A stretch of DNA of 59,197 nt, filler included, from Catajapyx aquilonaris (Eukaryota), in assembly GCA_000934665.2 (NCBI GenBank). It is 4 parts of 4 records of this genome, joined end to end, with 100 filler letters (N's around TTAATTAATTAA, not from the genome) between each part and the next. Parts side by side here need not be neighbours in the genome. Positions count along the whole stretch, not along the records: positions 44,478 to 59,197 come from JYFJ02007706.1; 3 more parts are not named here. The stretch is one strand, 5' to 3'. The translations under genes were made by a program, and so were the position numbers. The notes beneath the pieces were generated by a model. The model was not told the origin of the DNA and made no database searches. It saw only the letters and a program-made list of their open reading frames with translations. This document shows, in pieces, positions 57,740-59,197 of the stretch (positions are counted from its first letter, which is position 1; each line of letters opens with the position of its first letter).

Positions 57740-59197
57740 CCGTAGAGTGGGGCGACTTCGGACGCTTTTTGGCAGTTTCTCAGCTGTCCCATCATGAAGA
57801 CAACATATTGATGGAGAATTCTGAATAAATTAACGTAGACAGTAGGAAATGTCCTTTATTGAAGACCATAACAGTCATTCACATAAAAGTTGTTTTTTGA
57901 TGCAAAAATAAGTCATCTTTGCTGTCCTGCTGAGTCCACCTTATTTCACTCTGTAGAACGAGTTTACACATTAATGGTGCAACCTCCGACATGTATTAAA
58001 GTTTTAAAAAACTCACCGACAAAGGTCACCTCCAAACAAAATAGTGTTGGCACTGTACCGGCAAGAAATATTTCTTGCTGTACCGGTACCTGCTGTATCG
58101 CACAAGGGCCACATTTTATACAACAGATATGAACACATGATTTTGTATGTTCATTCCACATGAGTATCATTGATGTCACTAAAAATATAATACCCTCTGC
58201 GAAGGTCTCTGATCTTCGGCGCCAATATATTTGCGAACAACCTGGGACTGCATCACAAGACATTCATCATCAACATTCAATGAAAATTGGTGAAAGAAAC
58301 GTATTTTAGCTGTTTCTTTCGCCAACATTTTTATGCGCAAAAAGACCTGGAACTGTTTCGTGTTGCCCAGCACTCAACATGATATAGCGAAGTGGTCTGG
58401 GGTTGCGGGGGGTCTGAGTTTCTTTTTCTCCTCAAAGTTAACACAGGTTGCCCTCGTGTTTCTTAGCATGTGTTTGTTTCGGTCCATGTCCGAAATGGTG
58501 CTGCATTGGAGATTGGACGCGGTCCTTTTCTGCTGATTTTTTGCTGGGCACCCTGTTGTAAAGAACTTTGCATTTCTCATCGGAATCTGCTGAATCCGAA
58601 TTCGAAAACCGTTTATTGTCGCTATCTCTTGCGGTTTGGGCCCTACTGATACTTTTTCTCATGATGAGAAAAAGTCTAAATCAGTTTTAAAAGCAGTGTT
58701 CCAATGTCACTTTTACTTAAGAGCACGCTCTAGGCTACGCTATTCATTGTTGCGGGTAGCCCGTCGCGGGTCGGCCCGTGAGTTTGACACTTCTTCCTCT
58801 CGCTGTCACGGCCGCAAATATGGAGGTATCGGCATGAAACTGGAGTATCTGGACGCGAAAGGGTTGCACTTTGAGATGGTGCGCTTATTTTTCTCCTGGG
58901 GCGATATTTGCGGCCGCCGCGGCCAGATACAGTTTTTTTATTTTGACCCGCAATAACTTCTTTCCATGTCGGTACCAGTGAAATTCGAGAGCGTCACGAC
59001 CTTTGTACGGCGAATTACCGTAAGTGTATGAAAGGGCACGAGTGTGGCAGTCTTGGTTTGGCCAAACTTTGGGATCGGAAATACCCCCCTCCATGAACAA
59101 TAACAACTCGAACGAAGAAAGCGACGATCTGGCAGCGCCGCGCTGACTGCCAGTTCGGTAACCACGGCGACGGCCGGATAAAGTAGAGCGCTAATAA
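57740..59197 (-). mobile_element. Decayed pogo-like DNA transposon, cut by the window end
   Basis: TA|CCGTAGAGTGGGGCGACTT terminus. Minus-strand relic peptides (LLLFMEG, KLYLAAAAANIA, SDSADSDEKC) loosely resemble a DDE_1 plus PHD tail, with many stops. Confidence 0.4.

Overview
Eukaryotic, very probably arthropod, genomic DNA: short GT-AG introns, intronless divergent ionotropic receptors, and a dense load of DNA-transposon MITEs, SINEs and LINE ends. It is not one locus. Four contigs of about 14.7 kb (1-14725, 14826-29562, 29663-44377, 44478-59197) are joined by an artificial 100-bp linker (44 N + TTAATTAATTAA + 44 N). Contig 1 holds the FKBP2 5' exon head-to-head with TMEM216, PSMA6 lacking its first exon, and nested transposons (a pogo-type MITE carrying an RTE LINE end in one copy and a three-TIR Sola2-like element in the other). 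Contig 2 holds two C-type lectins (QPD and EPD motifs), an intact ionotropic receptor (IR) plus its pseudogene copy, a complete non-autonomous Helitron and a Sola2-like foldback with about 1.1-kb arms. Contig 3 holds a spliced SWIM+YqaJ nuclease gene and a tandemly duplicated [MATH-BTB / IR / LRR] cassette with reciprocal gene decay. Contig 4 holds the MCCC1 last exon, a catalytically dead MINDY4B-like gene, RNASEH2B, a 10-exon EFHC2, a small orphan gene and a decayed pogo-like element. No CRISPR array, rRNA or genuine tRNA gene was seen. Gene and family names come from recalled motifs, not from database searches.
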